DNA of 64,000 nt from Bispira polyomma (GCA_965649765.1 OZ287748.1:106330001-106394000), one strand, 5' to 3'; positions 14,262 through 28,700 are shown, numbered from the stretch's first letter. Made by a program: numbers and translations. The notes: generated by a model not told the origin, from the letters alone.

Positions 14262-15125
14262 TGTTGCAGCCACTGGATGCCTCAGATTAACACCAAGAGA
14301 TAGTCTATACATTTTACCAGGTATAGCAACACCAGAGCTGCTACACAGTGCTGCAAGTAGTAGAGAATGCGAGCGCCAGACCACAGAAGAGCGACAGCCC
14401 CTATTTGGCCATAAACCAGTAAAGAGTCAGCTCAAGTCTAGGAAAAGCTTTCTCAACAAAATTAAACCCAGTGGAGTTGAAATACCAGAGCTGCCTTATG
14501 GTATGAGAGACTTACCAAACATCCAACAACAACCATGTCCATAAGTGGCAAAGAATAACTTCCACCTGGTGCTGACTCAAACTGGGCTGAATGGAAATGT
14601 CTCAATAGACTACGATCTGGGGCTGTATTCACTAACAAGTCAAATTCCATTACTAACTTAGATTTCAAGTATTTTGGCTATTTTTTACGAACTTAGATCC
14701 AAGTGGTATTCACGAAAGCAAACTTACTTTGGAAAAAAAGTTACTTAGATTAGAAGTAAGCATATGAGGTACCTTAGATTTTTTCCTAACTTGGATTCTA
14801 AGTAAAATATAAGTAAATATAATTTGTCATTTCTTGGTGAATACCACTTCTGAGGAAATCTTTTAAAAAATTTACTTATTTTGGAAAGTAAGTGAAAAAA
14901 TATTTCACTTGTTTGTGAATACGGCCACTGGTGTTGGCCGCTGATAACTGACTCTCGAGAAATAGGTATATCTGAACACCGAAGATGTGACCTTCGAATG
15001 TGGTGCTGAACTACAAACTATGGAACACTTACTGTACTGTCTACTGCTGGAGGAACAATATAAAGTTAAAGACATTGTAAAATACAATGACAGAGCTAAA
15101 GACTGTGTTGTACTATGGCTGAAAC
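14262..15125 (+). mobile_element. Non-LTR retrotransposon 3' remnant (Ingi/Vingi-like), interrupted by a MITE
   Basis: TGCLRLTP...LPGIA...LKSRKSF...LPPG...WKCLNRLRSG|VGR...ECG...QTMEHLLYC, a C-terminal zinc-knuckle region with stops. Clade assignment is from memory. Confidence 0.75.
14620..14927. mobile_element. 308-bp MITE, Harbinger-like
   Basis: TIRs gggctgtattcactaacaagt / acttgtttgtgaatacggcca with a CTG target-site duplication at 14617-14619 and 14928-14930. Confidence 0.85.
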
Positions 15126-15842
15126 ACAAAGTAGTGCAGTATAGTAAGGAAACAATAAGAAGAAGAAGTAGCCACAATTTTAATGCACTGATATGTCATA
15201 CTGGTATTGCAGTATATCCGCCTGAATGTGAACAAAGCTTCAGCAGCATACCAGTCCAGTCTGTGTCTATTGAAGTGCTTGCACACAGCTGGTAAATATT
15301 GGACACTTCCAAGACACACAGTCTGTGTAGTATATTGACAGGGAATTGCTTTCATGAGCAAAAGCAGTTCTTGCTAATAAATAGCTTCTCTGTAGAAGAA
15401 CAGCCTGTGGTCAGTTTGATAAGGGACGGGAGGGGGGAGGGGGGAGGGGGGACTGGTCACTCTGTAAAGGTCAGTGTTTAGATGGTAGTGTGGTTTGTGT
15501 ATCTGATTGGAATAAAGAAAACATCATCCTCATTAATAATATCACATGTGGCTTATATTTTCCTACTAAGATGATTTCCCAACATCAAGTTATAGTTCAA
15601 ACCATTATGATGTATGTTTCAGTACTTTGTCTTACAAAAAAGCCTTTTTTCCAGAGATTTCATATAACTTCCATGGTTTTACACACGGTATTTTTTATCT
15701 CAGTTCAAGGAGGTGATGTTTTTGTTCTGGTGTTTGTTTGTTAAATTGTTTGTCACCAAAAAACTGTACATGAAATTTGGTGGTGGGATAAAAAAGGGTC
15801 AATGGTAGAAGGCTGTATCCTTGTGGCTGTACCCTAGTGTCT

Positions 15843-16020
15843 TCAGTGTGAGACATACCAGTCCACCGCTAACCATGTCATAGTCCCCATAGTATAGGTG
15901 TATTCAGTGTGAGACATACCAGTCCACCACTAACCATGTCATAGTCCCTATAGTATAGGTGTATTCTGTGTGAGACATACCAGTCCACCACTAACCATGT
16001 CATAGTCCCCATAGTATAGG
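15843..16020. repeat. 61-bp tandem repeat x3
   Basis: gtgtgagacataccagtccacc...catagtatagg repeated. Confidence 0.92.
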
Positions 16021-16089
16021 ACCAACTAGGTGTTTTTATCAGGCGAAGCTCCATATTGTTTTCATTGGATTGGTTGGAAGCAATCAACC

Positions 16090-17147
16090 CGGCCACACTG
16101 AGGGTGATCCGAAGAAACTTTGCCAAAAACTAAATAGCACCCTCCACCGTAAAAAACAGACTATACTACCCGAAAATTGCAATAGCAAATCACTGGCAAA
16201 CATTTTTAGTACTTTTTTCACTGATAAAATTACGAGAATCCGTGACGGTTTTACATTAGCCACCGCAAATGCGCCTTTACCAACAGATCCACCAACCGTC
16301 TTCGACTGTTTCTCCACAGTAACTGTTGATGAAGTCAGGAAAATTATACTGGCATCACCCGTAAAATCTTGCTTGCTAGATCCGTGGCCCACATTCCTTG
16401 TTAAGGAATGTATTGACATTTTATTGCCCTCAATCACAAAACTTATCAACCTCTCGTTGGTAAATGGTGTATTTCCAGATGATTTTAAAAAGGCCATTGT
16501 CACTCCTTTCATAAAAAAACCTTCTCTTCCAAAGGCTGACTTGAAAAATTACCGTCCTGTCTCAGTCCTTAGCTATATCTTTAAATTGGTAGAATGCGGT
16601 GTTGCCTTACAGATCAAACGACATGTTGACGTCAACAATCTGTCCAATAAGTATCAGTCAGCGTACAAAAGTGGTCATTCTACTGAGACTGCACTTCTCT
16701 GCATCAAAAATGATGTTCATACATCTTTATCCAAAGGTATGCCTACTGCTGGATCTGTCAGCAGCGTTTGATACGATTGATCACAAAGTTCTTCTTGAGT
16801 GCCTATCGTCTTGGTTCGGTATCAGCGGTATGGCGCTTAAGTGGTTCACGGCATATTTGTCTGATAGATTTCAATCAGTCAAAATTGGCAATATCTTATC
16901 CGACCCAACATGGTTAAAATTTGGTGTTCCCCAAGGTTCCTCTTTCAGGAGTAAGCTGAAGGCCTATCTTTTTGAACAGGCTTTTCCACCTTAGCCGTCG
17001 CAACCATTTACGGTAGTCTCCCTGGTTACGACTTCCATCCGCCCACTATTTTTGATTTTCGATTAACGTTTTGGGTTTGTTGCGCCTTAGAATTTGTTGT
17101 ACAAAGATTAAGCGCTATAAAAGTACGACTAGATTAGATTAGATTAG
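16090..17147 (+). mobile_element. L2/CR1-group LINE reverse-transcriptase fragment with an internal deletion
   Basis: [44 protein letters not shown] and GVPQGS joined directly to the C-terminal [10 protein letters not shown]; frameshift near 16745; (ATTAG)n tail. Confidence 0.95.
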
Positions 17148-17409
17148 GATGTTAGATTTATTGTTATCAGGCGGAGCCTGCCTGGGTATATAGAATGGCC
17201 ATATCAACTTTGGTGAATTTGTTGTACCAATGTGTCTTTTACAATCATCAACCGATAACAGATTGTAATGCCTAATTTTTTATATGAAGGGTATTTGTAT
17301 GTGTAAGCTATACCACCAGCTCATACCCACTGATCCTACCACTAATGATAGCATGGAAAGAAAATCCCTCGACAATCTGGTTGTAATAAGTATGGCTATT
17401 ACTTCTGCC

Positions 17410-17640
17410 ATAGAGTTTAGAATTTTAAGTCGCCTCCAACAGCTTATAAGGTCATATCGCGATGGCCAGATTCAATGGTTGAAGACACCCTATGATAAAG
17501 ACACTGTAAACCACCGACTTAGGGCAAGTATCTTTTCTTTCACACGAAGCAACGAACAGGATTTGAATCCACATTGGGTGAAAGGCCAAAAATTTAGAAG
17601 CAGACTATTTTAAACTTTATGCTATCACGAAACCACCCAC
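17410..17640 (-). mobile_element. Decayed SINE (family B)
   Basis: ttttaagtcgcctccaacagc...aaaccaccgactt...gatttgaatcc, shared with the copies at 54650, 60270, 61370 and 61790. Confidence 0.6.
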
Positions 17641-18459
17641 TTCCGTCTTGGGGATTATATTTTCACTTGTGTCCGTCGATTTGTTTGTGCGTTTCTCACT
17701 AGTTAACCCACTTTGCATGAAATTTGGTGGGAGAATGAGGCAATATATTAAAGCGGATCTTGGTACACAATACAATTCAAGAGGGGGCAGAGGAGGGGGG
17801 GGAGGGGGGGCAGTTATAAACCTCTGCGTTGTAGATAAGAATGAAATATAAAAATATAAAATAAATATTATCGCCCTTTAGCCATCGCTAATCGCCAGTC
17901 AGCCACATTAACACACAGACTACTTCTATTTCAACCAGGAGTTTCCTTCCTTCTGTTTTTACCCACACAAGTATTGTCTGTATTTAGTAGGTAACCCTCC
18001 CCCCCCCTCCCCCACCCTCTCCCTACTCATTGTGTGACACAGATGTCTGTGACAGTTCCTGAATACTCCCTGGTCATGTGACTTAGTCGTATAGAGGGAT
18101 AGTGGGGACAAGTGGGGAGGGGGTTTATCTGGAATCACAGCTTGTCTATATATAAAGCTAATACAGATCAGCGAAAAATACAAAAAATTCTATAAATAAA
18201 CCAGGTTTCCAAGCAGTCTTTTTTATATTAGCCATATTATATAAGCTTGATATCTAAAATACTCATATAAGTTCATTTCTTATTAAAACTGCAGTACCAA
18301 TTACTAACTAACTAATTATAAAATCCATTGCTCAGTAATACTGTAATAAAAAACTGATTACTAACTAGCAATTATTAATTATAAAAAGATATTGCAGTAT
18401 AGCTTGGTAATAGTTTTAATATTATTATATCAATAGCTTAACTGTTTTATTGAATACTC

Positions 18460-18706
18460 AAAGAGCTTTATAGACCATCAACTACACGACACTACAAAAA
18501 TAGAAATATTCAGACTGCTACCTACACGACACTGCACGACACCGCAATTGAATTTTGTTCACTGTTGCATCCACAGGTTCCCCTCTATGTAATGTGTTTG
18601 GAGGTGTACATTCACACCTATGAATTGAATGTCGTGTGGTGTTTGATGTGGATAGTACTGACGTGGCGTGCCCTGTAGTGTTGTGTGGGTGGTTTGTAAG
18701 ACCCTT
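18460..18706. mobile_element. MITE-like element
   Basis: Imperfect inverted ends aagagctttatagacca...acgacactaca / tgtagtgttgtgt...ggtttgtaagaccctt. Confidence 0.55.
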
Positions 18707-18782
18707 CAGTAATAGTCACATATCTCAGCAGTATTGAAGGTAAAGTTTGTTTTTAAAACATGACTAACTCCCTAAAGCGTAA

Positions 18783-19699
18783 ATGGGCATATCTAAATTT
18801 ACAGATTTCGGTCAAAATCGATATATACACGCCATAATTTTTGCTCAAATTGCAATTTTTTTTTTTTAATTAGTGGGTCGGAAAATAAACATAGTGTGTA
18901 TATAATGTTGGTTCATAATATTTTACAAATTTAAGATGTTCTTTGCATTTGCTTTATATTATCAGACATATTGACTGCTGTTTATTTGTTTGTTTGTTAG
19001 ATTACTCCGCTTTCTTTTTGTAGAGCTTGTTCTAGGGAAATTAAATTTTAAGGTTTTACATCTCTTGATGAAACAGGTGCGAAAGGCAACCAAAAAGTGC
19101 TCAATTGGATTAACATCCGGTCAAATTAGGAAAAATTACAGATGTTGCTGGGGACTGGGGGAAGGTGGAGGGGGGGTTTGGGGAGTATGTACCAACATTT
19201 TTAGAAACCATTACCAATCAGAACAGTGGTCTTTGTATAACGATATAACACAGTTGCGAGTCTATTTGTTAGAAGTGGTTTTTAACTTTAGCAAAAACAG
19301 GAGGGCAGCCGGATTTTTCAACAAAAATGAAAAAAATAAACTATCATAGTACTGACCAAAATAATTCGTAGTTTACAAAAATGTATATAAAAAGAAGTAC
19401 ATTTTCTTCAAACAAGCAGTTTACGAACCACAAGGTAAATGTGGGTACCCTTATTTAACTGTAAATATATCAGCGGAGTTTGGTGAACCAAAAATCACAG
19501 TAATCGCAATCAAATAAGCATTCTTACACCATTTTCAACGTGAACATCTAACAAATATTGAGTTTGTATCGGATACAGGCGCTACATCAGCTAATGTTGG
19601 ATCAACTGGGATGTTAATAAATCGGCTGAGGTCGGAATCGGCTAAGAGGAAGCATAGGCTAAGCATGAAAGCATAAATCGTCTTCTTTGATCTGCCCAT
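18783..19699. mobile_element. Possible non-autonomous TIR element
   Basis: Ends atgggcatatctaa / tttgatctgcccat (12/14 inverted match); target-site duplication unclear. Confidence 0.4.
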
Positions 19700-20688
19700 A
19701 TAAAATTGCCCGATGTCTGGAATGTAGGCTGACTAGTTATTAGAATTAAACTGAATTACTCATTTATACCTTTTCTGATAAGTACAGTTTAGAGTGACAC
19801 AAACACTCATCCGGTCACACAATAACCTGTACCCCACAATAAACAGGTACTAAGACCAAGTACCTGACAGAAGGATGGGGCCATCTTGACACCCGAGCGG
19901 TTTTGAAATAGCACCCTCGGAATGTTTCAATACCTTACAAAATATGTAAACAGGCTCAAAATACTGGACATTAAGGTGCTACGTGTGTCGATAGAAATAC
20001 AACCTTAATGTTTTTGGTCAGTTATTGCATTCTATTTGAGCTACGATCACTAACAAGCTTATAACCTTTTTTTCTGAACTCGCTCCCCCCCTAGTTTGTA
20101 GTGTAAGTGGTTATCTTTAGATAGACATTGGCACATTAAATACTGTAAATTATTATTATTACTTAGTTACCCCCCTCTTCTTTGCTATCTCGACCTGGCT
20201 ATGTTTCTTGGACTTCTCTATTGATTCTGTTGTTGTACTTTAGAAGATGCCTCACGTCTGTAAGGTGCATTAAACAGACAAAATACAATACAATTATTCG
20301 ACTTTTAATTATAAAATAGATGAAAAATACATGGTCAATGTTATTCCAAATCAAACTTTAGCAGAATTATAAAAAAGTTGGAAAGATCTACCCATTTGAA
20401 CAGAGGTATTAAGACAATTCTACATAGGACTTTTAACAATATTAACACACAAAATTTTTAATGTAAATGTGAGTACTTTTTACATAATTATTATTTGGCT
20501 GTCAAAACGGCACTCCTGTCAAAATAAGGTGTCGTTTGGAAATGACCATTTGTTGTTGAAATGGAGCGTAACAAAATTACTTAAACAAATACCCCTAAAA
20601 GAGACCACCTATTAGAAACTGGGTGAAACCAATTCAACCAATTCACAGAGTTTGTATAAGGCAGTCATTTACTTTGACCTGTACCCAG

Positions 20689-21297
20689 GGGTCGTATTTC
20701 CCAATATGTCTTAGTCTTGACTTAGTCTTAACTTAGTCTTAACTTAGTCTTAATTTAGTCTTAACTTAGTCTTAAGCTTTAAATTGCGGTCTTTGATTTT
20801 GATCATAAAAGGTTCATATTTTGGTCTTTAAGTCTCAGTAACAGTAAAAAAATGTCTGTGTTTGTGTTCACTTTGCTCTTCACAATAAGCCTAAAAGTAG
20901 GCAGTCCTAGAAACATAAATGATAAGCTTAATGTTAATGTTAAGGTTTTTACTTCTATAGCGCCACAATCGATGACCAGGCATCCTCTGTGGCACATATC
21001 CTAGTAAGTGTACAAAAACATAGTCCGGTAGATGGAAAAGGTTTGTGATCAGAGATTTCAGTCATGACCATCTGATGTATGCTAGGGTGAGAAAGCGAGC
21101 TGATACAGATGTGTTTGGAGCCTGTTTCTAAAACACATGATGCTCGTCTCGGTCCGAAGACTGGTAGGGAGGCTATTCCACTCAGCAGGTGCTGCAACTA
21201 AGAATGATTTTGAACCAGCTTGTCTTTTTGGTAGGAAGCTAGAGGTGGAGAGACGATTGCCTCTGCTTAAGATTAAGACCTTTTGTAAATTCGACCC
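20689..21297. mobile_element. Harbinger-like MITE carrying an 11-bp repeat and a nested LINE 3' end
   Basis: TIRs gggtcgtatttcccaatatgtcttagtctt / aagattaagaccttttgtaaattcgaccc, flanked by cag/gag; (ttagtcttaac)x6 inside. Confidence 0.65.
20926..21265 (-). mobile_element. L2/CR1-group LINE 3' fragment
   Basis: Minus strand GSKSF..AAPAEWNSL...KHI; short-repeat tail (TAACAT)n; gcttaa on both flanks. Confidence 0.75.
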
Positions 21298-23439
21298 GAG
21301 TTGATCAGACTGTTCTGTCGCTAAAGAACATCTCTTCTAAGTGTAAGTAAGAAACCTTTCTGTTAAATTCGAAGACAATCTAGCACTTTCTACAATTAAG
21401 TTTCAGCCAATTATTCTACCCTTTCTGTTTGTACAAAATCACTGTATAAATTCATGGAAATATACTTTAGCTGGATAAAAGTGTCACTAACATACAATTA
21501 TATAAGTTATTCACTGGGATGATTTTTCATTATTACCTATTTTTATTGCTAAAAGATTAAAACAAAATTAAAATTATTGTCAATAATGTTAATTGTCACT
21601 AATATTAATCACTATTTTCACTAACTAAGCTCATCTAGCTACAAATAATAGCCGAAATTCATTCCTAATTAAAATGTCTACTGATATAGTTATTCCTCCC
21701 CTCCAACGATCTAACCCTTGGGTACTAACCTGTCCGTAAAATGTCCTTTTTTTTCCTCTTTAAAACACAGTCTACAACGTCAAACTTTCCACTGATTGCT
21801 GATAGTTTTCGTTTTTTTCTTAATTTATTTCTTCTTTCAATCCTATATTATTTTGTTGAAAAACAACAGAAATTCCAGTCTTACATAAATGCCAGTCTTA
21901 CATATCAAAAGCTTTACAAATTCTTCCTTTCTCTAACAAATATCCTCTTCACAAAACCACTATTTCTGATGTTCTTACACTATGTTTGGTTTATTTTACA
22001 CCTATACACATTTTACTACTTTATCTCGACACCATTTCCCATATGTTTTGTCCATTTATATTTGCACACTAAAGCTATGGTCAGTTCTACATTGACCATA
22101 CAGAAACACATGCACTGTCCACTTCTGGGACACACTTGTGTACAACAAACTTCACTGCCCTTTAAACAACTGGCCAACACCAAGCACATCACATCAGTTC
22201 TATAACCCATTCACTGGCTGTACAGTGGAGTTTTAATTAGAACGCCCCCCTCCCCCCCCATCATCCTTTTTGTAAATGCTAGCAGCCCAATACAGTAACA
22301 CACACACACACACACACAGTCCTCCTGTCAAGTGCACTGCTGGCTAAAGCACTTGTATCTCTTCACACACTCTGTCTATCCATTGAGAGCAGTGTATTCT
22401 AGCCTTACCCTGGGGCTCCAACTACCTGAAATTCAGAAATTTTGATAATAATGAGTTTTAAAATTATAGTCATCTAAATGATCGGTTACACTGGGTATGT
22501 TTTTTTTTGGTTTGTGATTTTATGAAACGTAAGCAAACGAAAATAAACAGAGCACAATTGGAGAAACATAAAAAAAAATATGTTTAAGATATTTTTTTCA
22601 CACATTCATCACGTTTTGATAGCCGTTTCAACTACTTTTATCAACATCATACATTTTGTTCTCGTTTGCCACATTTCAAATATGTTATATTCACTTTTGT
22701 CTTTGACGTTTGTGGTAGGTTTTGTTGATGCTTCTAGATGTATATTACGTCTTAGTGTCATATTTTACGTTCATATACGCCGTGATGATGTGTCAGACGC
22801 GTCATACATTTTCCCCCAAGAGAGCTTTAAACGTAGCTTATTTTCATGCTGCTCAAAATGATGAATTTGTTGTAATTTTGTAGTTATGCAAACATACACT
22901 CCCCTATGCACAATAGGCTGATTACGGAAAAACTTATGTTTCAATATAAAGACCACTTCTAAGTTGTGACCAGATAACGCCTAAATTCTTCGAACAGCAA
23001 TATACTGACCTGTACAGGAAATACTGCTTCAAGTTATAACAGGTTTAATATCATCACAACTTTATAGCCTCATACTGTTGTAGCTATGTAGATATTTGAT
23101 TCTTATACTGTATTAAGCAAGGTCTACCAAACAAGCTGTTAATGTTATATAACTAAAAGATAACAGTGTGTGGAAACAGTTGACAGAAATATAGGACTAA
23201 GTCCGACATCACCTCTGAATTAGAAGCCAAATTTTTAAAATCAGTCTAAGACCCATTTTGCAGATGACGGACGGGAATATGAAGTAAATGTAATTGATTT
23301 TGTGAGGTTGGTGACGTTTTCATGTATTAAATTTTACAAATCAGTCAGTTTTTTGGATGTAGTGTATCCTTCTTGTGTTCTAGCTATCAAACTCAACCAA
23401 CCTCTTTATTTGTCCTGACTCATCAAATCTAGTAGCCTT

Positions 23440-23765
23440 ACCCGGGGAAACCGCCTCTCCGTTTCCTCAATCCGGCCAAATAGGAAAATTTGCAGGTTGT
23501 GCTTTGCTGTTGCGTCTCCTGTTGAATAAACAAACTCCCACACACTGTCAGATCACAGGATAAAATCACCGGTTTCAGAAGCCATCTGAAAACCTACCTT
23601 CTCAGACAGGCCTACCCCCTCCTTAGTCACCCTTCCCTTGGTGGATGCTTTCCTGGTAACAATCTTTTGCTCGCCCCTGGACCTTCCCTTTTTAGATATC
23701 AGCGCCTTAGAAGATGTTTTCAACAATTTCACACTCTATAAATGTGTCAATTATATCAATTATTA
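23440..23765 (+). mobile_element. L2/CR1-group LINE 3' fragment
   Basis: FAVASPVE*NKLP...FRSHLKTYLL...AYP followed by a 3' UTR-like agcgccttag segment. Confidence 0.7.
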
Positions 23766-24142
23766 TAAAAGGAAGGCACACAATAATAGTATTATACTTA
23801 TTATTATACTTAACTTAATCAGAGTGCACAGCCATTCTGCACAATGTGGAGTATTGGAGGATATTTTGGTTCATCTATTTTTTTTCAGTAAGATTGTATC
23901 TCATTCCCTCAAGATATTATCTCGATAGCTAAATGTCTCTTTGCTTCTTGTGGGACGAAGATAGCATCTTGAGGGATTGAGATAGAACTATCTAGAGCTA
24001 GCACTCGATATATCACTGTCTGTAACTTTAGGGACCCTGTACTGGTGTTTTTTCCCATAAAAGTTCCCTTTTACATGAACCTTAACTCTCTTCAGCCTCC
24101 CAAGTTTGTGATCAGAGTTCAGTCTTGACCAGCAGATGGATG

Positions 24143-24320
24143 TTAAAGCAGAAAAGCGACATCATACAGATTTGTCTGGAGTCTTTTTCCGAAGCCTGTT
24201 ATTCTTGTCCCAGTGTGAAGACTATTCCACTCAGCAGGTGCTACAACTTTGAATGATTTTGAACCACATTTGGGATGGGTAATTTTATTGGTGGAAGAAA
24301 GCAATATTGGGTTGTTGGGC
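24143..24320 (-). mobile_element. L2/CR1-group LINE 3' fragment
   Basis: GSKSFKVVAPAEWNSL...GFGKRLQTNL. Confidence 0.7.
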
Positions 24321-24327
24321 AAAATGT

Positions 24328-24460
24328 CTGAAATCACAGGCCTTCATCAAGTCCACTACCAACATTACTCACTGAAATCACAGGCCTTCATCAAGTCCAC
24401 TACTAACTTCACTCACTGAAATCACAGGCCTTCATCAAGTCCACTACTAACTTCACTCTT
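24328..24460. repeat. ~44-bp tandem repeat x3
   Basis: ctgaaatcacaggccttcatcaagtccactac... repeated. Confidence 0.9.
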
Positions 24461-25059
24461 CTGTTTGGTGAGAGCTGACCTGTGTTACCTTTACAACAAC
24501 ACCTAGACCCCTATTTATTGCTTATGGAAATATCTCTACAAAACGTGTGTCAGTTTAATTATGCTGAAGTAAATGTTTGAATAATTGATATATCATTATT
24601 TTGTAAAAACCAAATGAGTCATTGTGGGTAAAGATAGGTTTTAATTATTCCATAATATGGGGCAGCAACAGAGACCCCTCTAGATCCATCCATGTTGTTA
24701 GGTTAAACAGAGGAAAGAGAAGTCTCTTATAGTTTGTTTGGTTACTGAAGGGAAGTTGAGCTGCAAGGTAGGAGGGCTGTTGAGAGACAATAGCTTTGAA
24801 AGTTGTTGCATGAATTTTAAACAAAATACAATCATTAATGGGAAGCCAGTGTGGTTTTCTGAGGTATGGACAAACAGAAGTACAGATCCCCAGTCAAAAA
24901 TTAATTGACACAATCGATACGATATGATATATTTTTAACAAGCCTAAATGATGCCAGACATCTTCTAAATCTTCATGGACAGAGTCAATTGTATTCTTTT
25001 TCAAATGCAAATTCGTGATTAGGGTGACAGGAAAAATATGTCTATGGAGGGTAAGTTAT

Positions 25060-25600
25060 GGGGTGTTCACAATGTCCACGTTTACAACCCGGCATCACCT
25101 CTGCATTGCCGTTTACTCAAGACCTGAAGAACATGGCTGAACTTGGCCGATCAGGCGAGAAAAGGTAGGAAAATGTTCATTTGTATATATTTGCATCCCA
25201 CGTTTTTGACCTGTTTTAGCCCAATTTAGCCCTGTTTATGCCCAGGTTATGTTACGATTTCTTAAGTTCTCTCTAGTTCTGGCCAGATCACACAGGTTTT
25301 ATGCAGTTTAAGCCCCATTCACACAAGTTCTGAGCAGTTCAACTCCCGTTCACACCCGACATTGCCATGGCTTTGCTGTTTTCACAAGTCTTCTCAAGAT
25401 GTGTTTTCAGAGCCATCCTCCCATGGAAGTTTTGAACATGTTCAAAATTTCCGGCTATAGCTCCAGTTCTTGCCGTTTGCCCCAGTTTGCCCCAGTCCTA
25501 CCGCTGTTTTTGCCCAGTTCTCAGATGTTTGTTTAAGTTCTTACACATTCTCAGAATGGGGGAGAAAAGGGACAGAGAATGTGGACAGTGTGAACGCTAC
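25060..25600. mobile_element. Harbinger-like MITE
   Basis: TIRs ggggtgttcacaatgtccac / gtggacagtgtgaacgctac. Confidence 0.65.
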
Positions 25601-25619
25601 TTGAGGGTGAAGAGAAAGA

Positions 25620-25790
25620 GATGGGTCTTAAGGTTGTTTCTGAAACCAGAGAGGGGTTTCCTGGGTTCTTATAGTTGCTGGTAAATTATTCCATAGGGTT
25701 AGTGCCGCGACAGAGAAGGCATAGAATGCTATCCATTTACTGATTCTGGTAACAGAGACTAAAAATCTGTTTCCCCTGGTAAGCCAGCGG
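25620..25790 (-). mobile_element. L2/CR1-group LINE 3' fragment
   Basis: AFSVAALTLWNNLPATIR. Confidence 0.7.
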
Positions 25791-28700
25791 ATGAAACACA
25801 GCAATGAGGCTAGATTTGGGGGGCTGACATAGGCTGACAGCTTTGTATGCAGTAACATTGGTCCTAAAGATGATGCGGCACTCGATATGTAGCTAATTGA
25901 TAGTGTTGAATATAAAGAATAGTGAATAGAGAATGACGTGAATAGAGAATAGCCATAGAAAAGTCCCACCATCCTCCTCTCAATGTTTACTGACTACCAG
26001 TCACTTTTTTCTTGTGATACAGAAGAGATAAACCCATCACCCCCATGTATATACACGTGTGGCAATGAACTGGTCTCTAATCCCCCGCCATTTTGTTGTT
26101 GAGCAGACGAGATGTGACAGTTTCCTGTCCCTGTGAATTGTCACAGTTGTTCACAAGTGGTTCTGTTTAGACACGTACACCTGTCAGATTGTATTCTGGG
26201 GGATATTACACAGAGCTAGGTTGGACTGCTGGACTGACCCCCTAAAGCCTTGTATCCATGTGGCGGACCGATGAGTCTATCACATTTTATTTTTTATCTT
26301 GTGTTTCCATATAATGGGGACTACTGACATTGGCCTACCTTTTTCACTTCCAGAAGTGGAAATATTATTCAACGTCGGCTGCCTGTCTGTCCACATAAGA
26401 GAAACCCTAAAACCACACCCAGTTAACAAGCCATCAGTTGTCAGTGATAGGTGGTGTGCTACATAAAACAGCCTGTCCAGTTGGAATACCAAATTAAGTA
26501 TGCAGTATATTTGCTATATCAGACTAGGTCTACACATACAAATACCTTGGTAGCAGGCCATATATTTAGTAATCACCATATATCATATATGATCTATGTG
26601 TAAACGTCGTCACTAATGCTTGGATACCAACTATATATAATGATCTTTACCATTGTTTCAATACCAGACTGTGTGTTTAGCATTTTTTACAAATCTCAGG
26701 GTACTAGACAAGGCTTCCAACTATCTTTAGCAATCTCAGGGTACCAGACTAGATGTTTAACAATTTCATACCAATCTTTGAGTACCAAAATAGATGTTTA
26801 ACAATATTATACAATCTGGGGGTACCAGACAAGATGGGTAGTAATTTTTACCAATCCTCTCCGAGTACCAGACTAGATGTGTAGCAATTTTTACCAATCC
26901 TCTCCGGGTACCAGACCAGATCTTTGATCATATTTTACCAATGATCTCCGTGTACCTGACTAGGATCCCAACATAATTCTTCATCTTGTTGTTTTGTAGC
27001 CCCGGTCAATTATTCACTGGATATTCCATTTGTCTGTCCGCAGGGTGCTGTGTGTTTTATGTTAAGGCCAGACATATATTGTGAGTGGTGTGGGCCATTA
27101 CTGGGGTGATATGTCATGGCAACCTGTTACTAAGTGACAAAAGTAGCTCTCACTGATGAACTCTGACACTAGCCAGACTCGACAAAAACAGCTTATAGAC
27201 ATTCCAACTGTGGCTTTTTCTGGTTATGTGTTGTGTACTAGTAATCAAGACAGATAGAGGGGACAGAGGACGGATTATGGGATTATAGCGACACAGTGAA
27301 TGATTAAGAAGAAATAAAATTGTGATAAATCAGAAATATTTTTAGTTTGAGTGTTTCTTGGACTAGATTTCTTTGTCTTCCATGCTGGCAATTGGGCTTA
27401 CATGCAAAGCTAGTGTTTTGGGAGGTTTTATTGTGCTAGTTTAATATAAATAAACTTTTTTGGAATACATATCTAGCAAAAAGAAGACAATGTTTACCAC
27501 CTGATAAGCGATGTCAGGCAAGTTATTGCACTAATAAAAAATCATAGAAAGAATTAAAAAATGTTACCAGCTCTTGCCCGATTGCCTTTTGGAGTGGCCT
27601 GCCCTGAGAGATAGATGTCTGTTTAATATATCTTGCTGTAGTGTGTGGGGTAACCCACTCTCTTAAAGGTCACCTGGGGGACAATTTAGCTGGTATTTAT
27701 ACTTAGGTAGACATATAAGATAACGCTTTTTATCAACAGATGATCCCTATGCAATTTGAAGGAGTCATGGATTTAAAGGAGTCATGGATTTGAAGGAGTC
27801 GTGAATTTGAATCTCAGCCTCGTGATGTATGTGGGAAGAAGCATTCTCGCAAAGAAATACTGCTTTGGTAAACCACAAAGAATATATTGTTTAATCCGAT
27901 AGTCGACGTCCCAATCTACACATCCCCAACACTATAGTTGCTTCTTTATTATTTTAACATATTTAACTTATTTTCTATGGGTAACACACTACAATTATAA
28001 AATATGAGAAATTTGGAAATATATTATTATTTCCCACAAATTGTAAGCGGTATCTGTGATGGATTGTTTTGTCTTCAAAATGATGACATTGTGAGAATGT
28101 GGTAAAAGTTCGCAGCAGATTCGTGGTTTACACTTCAGAAATCCTGACTAACTATCTTTTTCCTCATTCTCTCCTGGCATAAGATGTAGTTGAAACCAAT
28201 GCTACAGCTAGACTGATTTCTGTCCCATCGCGTGATGATGCGTTGATTTTACTGATGGTATGGATCGCGAGGGCCAGAGTTGTTTACTATGCTAAATTAT
28301 TGTAAATGTGTAACGTCACACAAACAGTCACTCTTCATTTGTTATTTATATCCCAAATTATTATTAATAATATTTTTTTATTAAATCACATGGTTACAAT
28401 AAAAAGAATTTATAAATCTTAAAGAAGAATACAATATATAAAGGGACAGCGAAAGAGACATTCAATGACAAGGACAATAATGAAAACAATTAGGAAATAA
28501 TTTTAACTTAAGTTTTACTGCACTATATAACAAACACAATTACTAATAACAGTGATTAGTAGTAGGTTGACTTCATACTTTTTTATACCTAAATAATAAT
28601 AATAATACCTTTTCTCCTGATACTAAAAAAAAAGTAATTACAAACTTGTTAGTCATTCACCATTTACCAAGTAATATAAGAATATTTCTAGCAGTTATTA

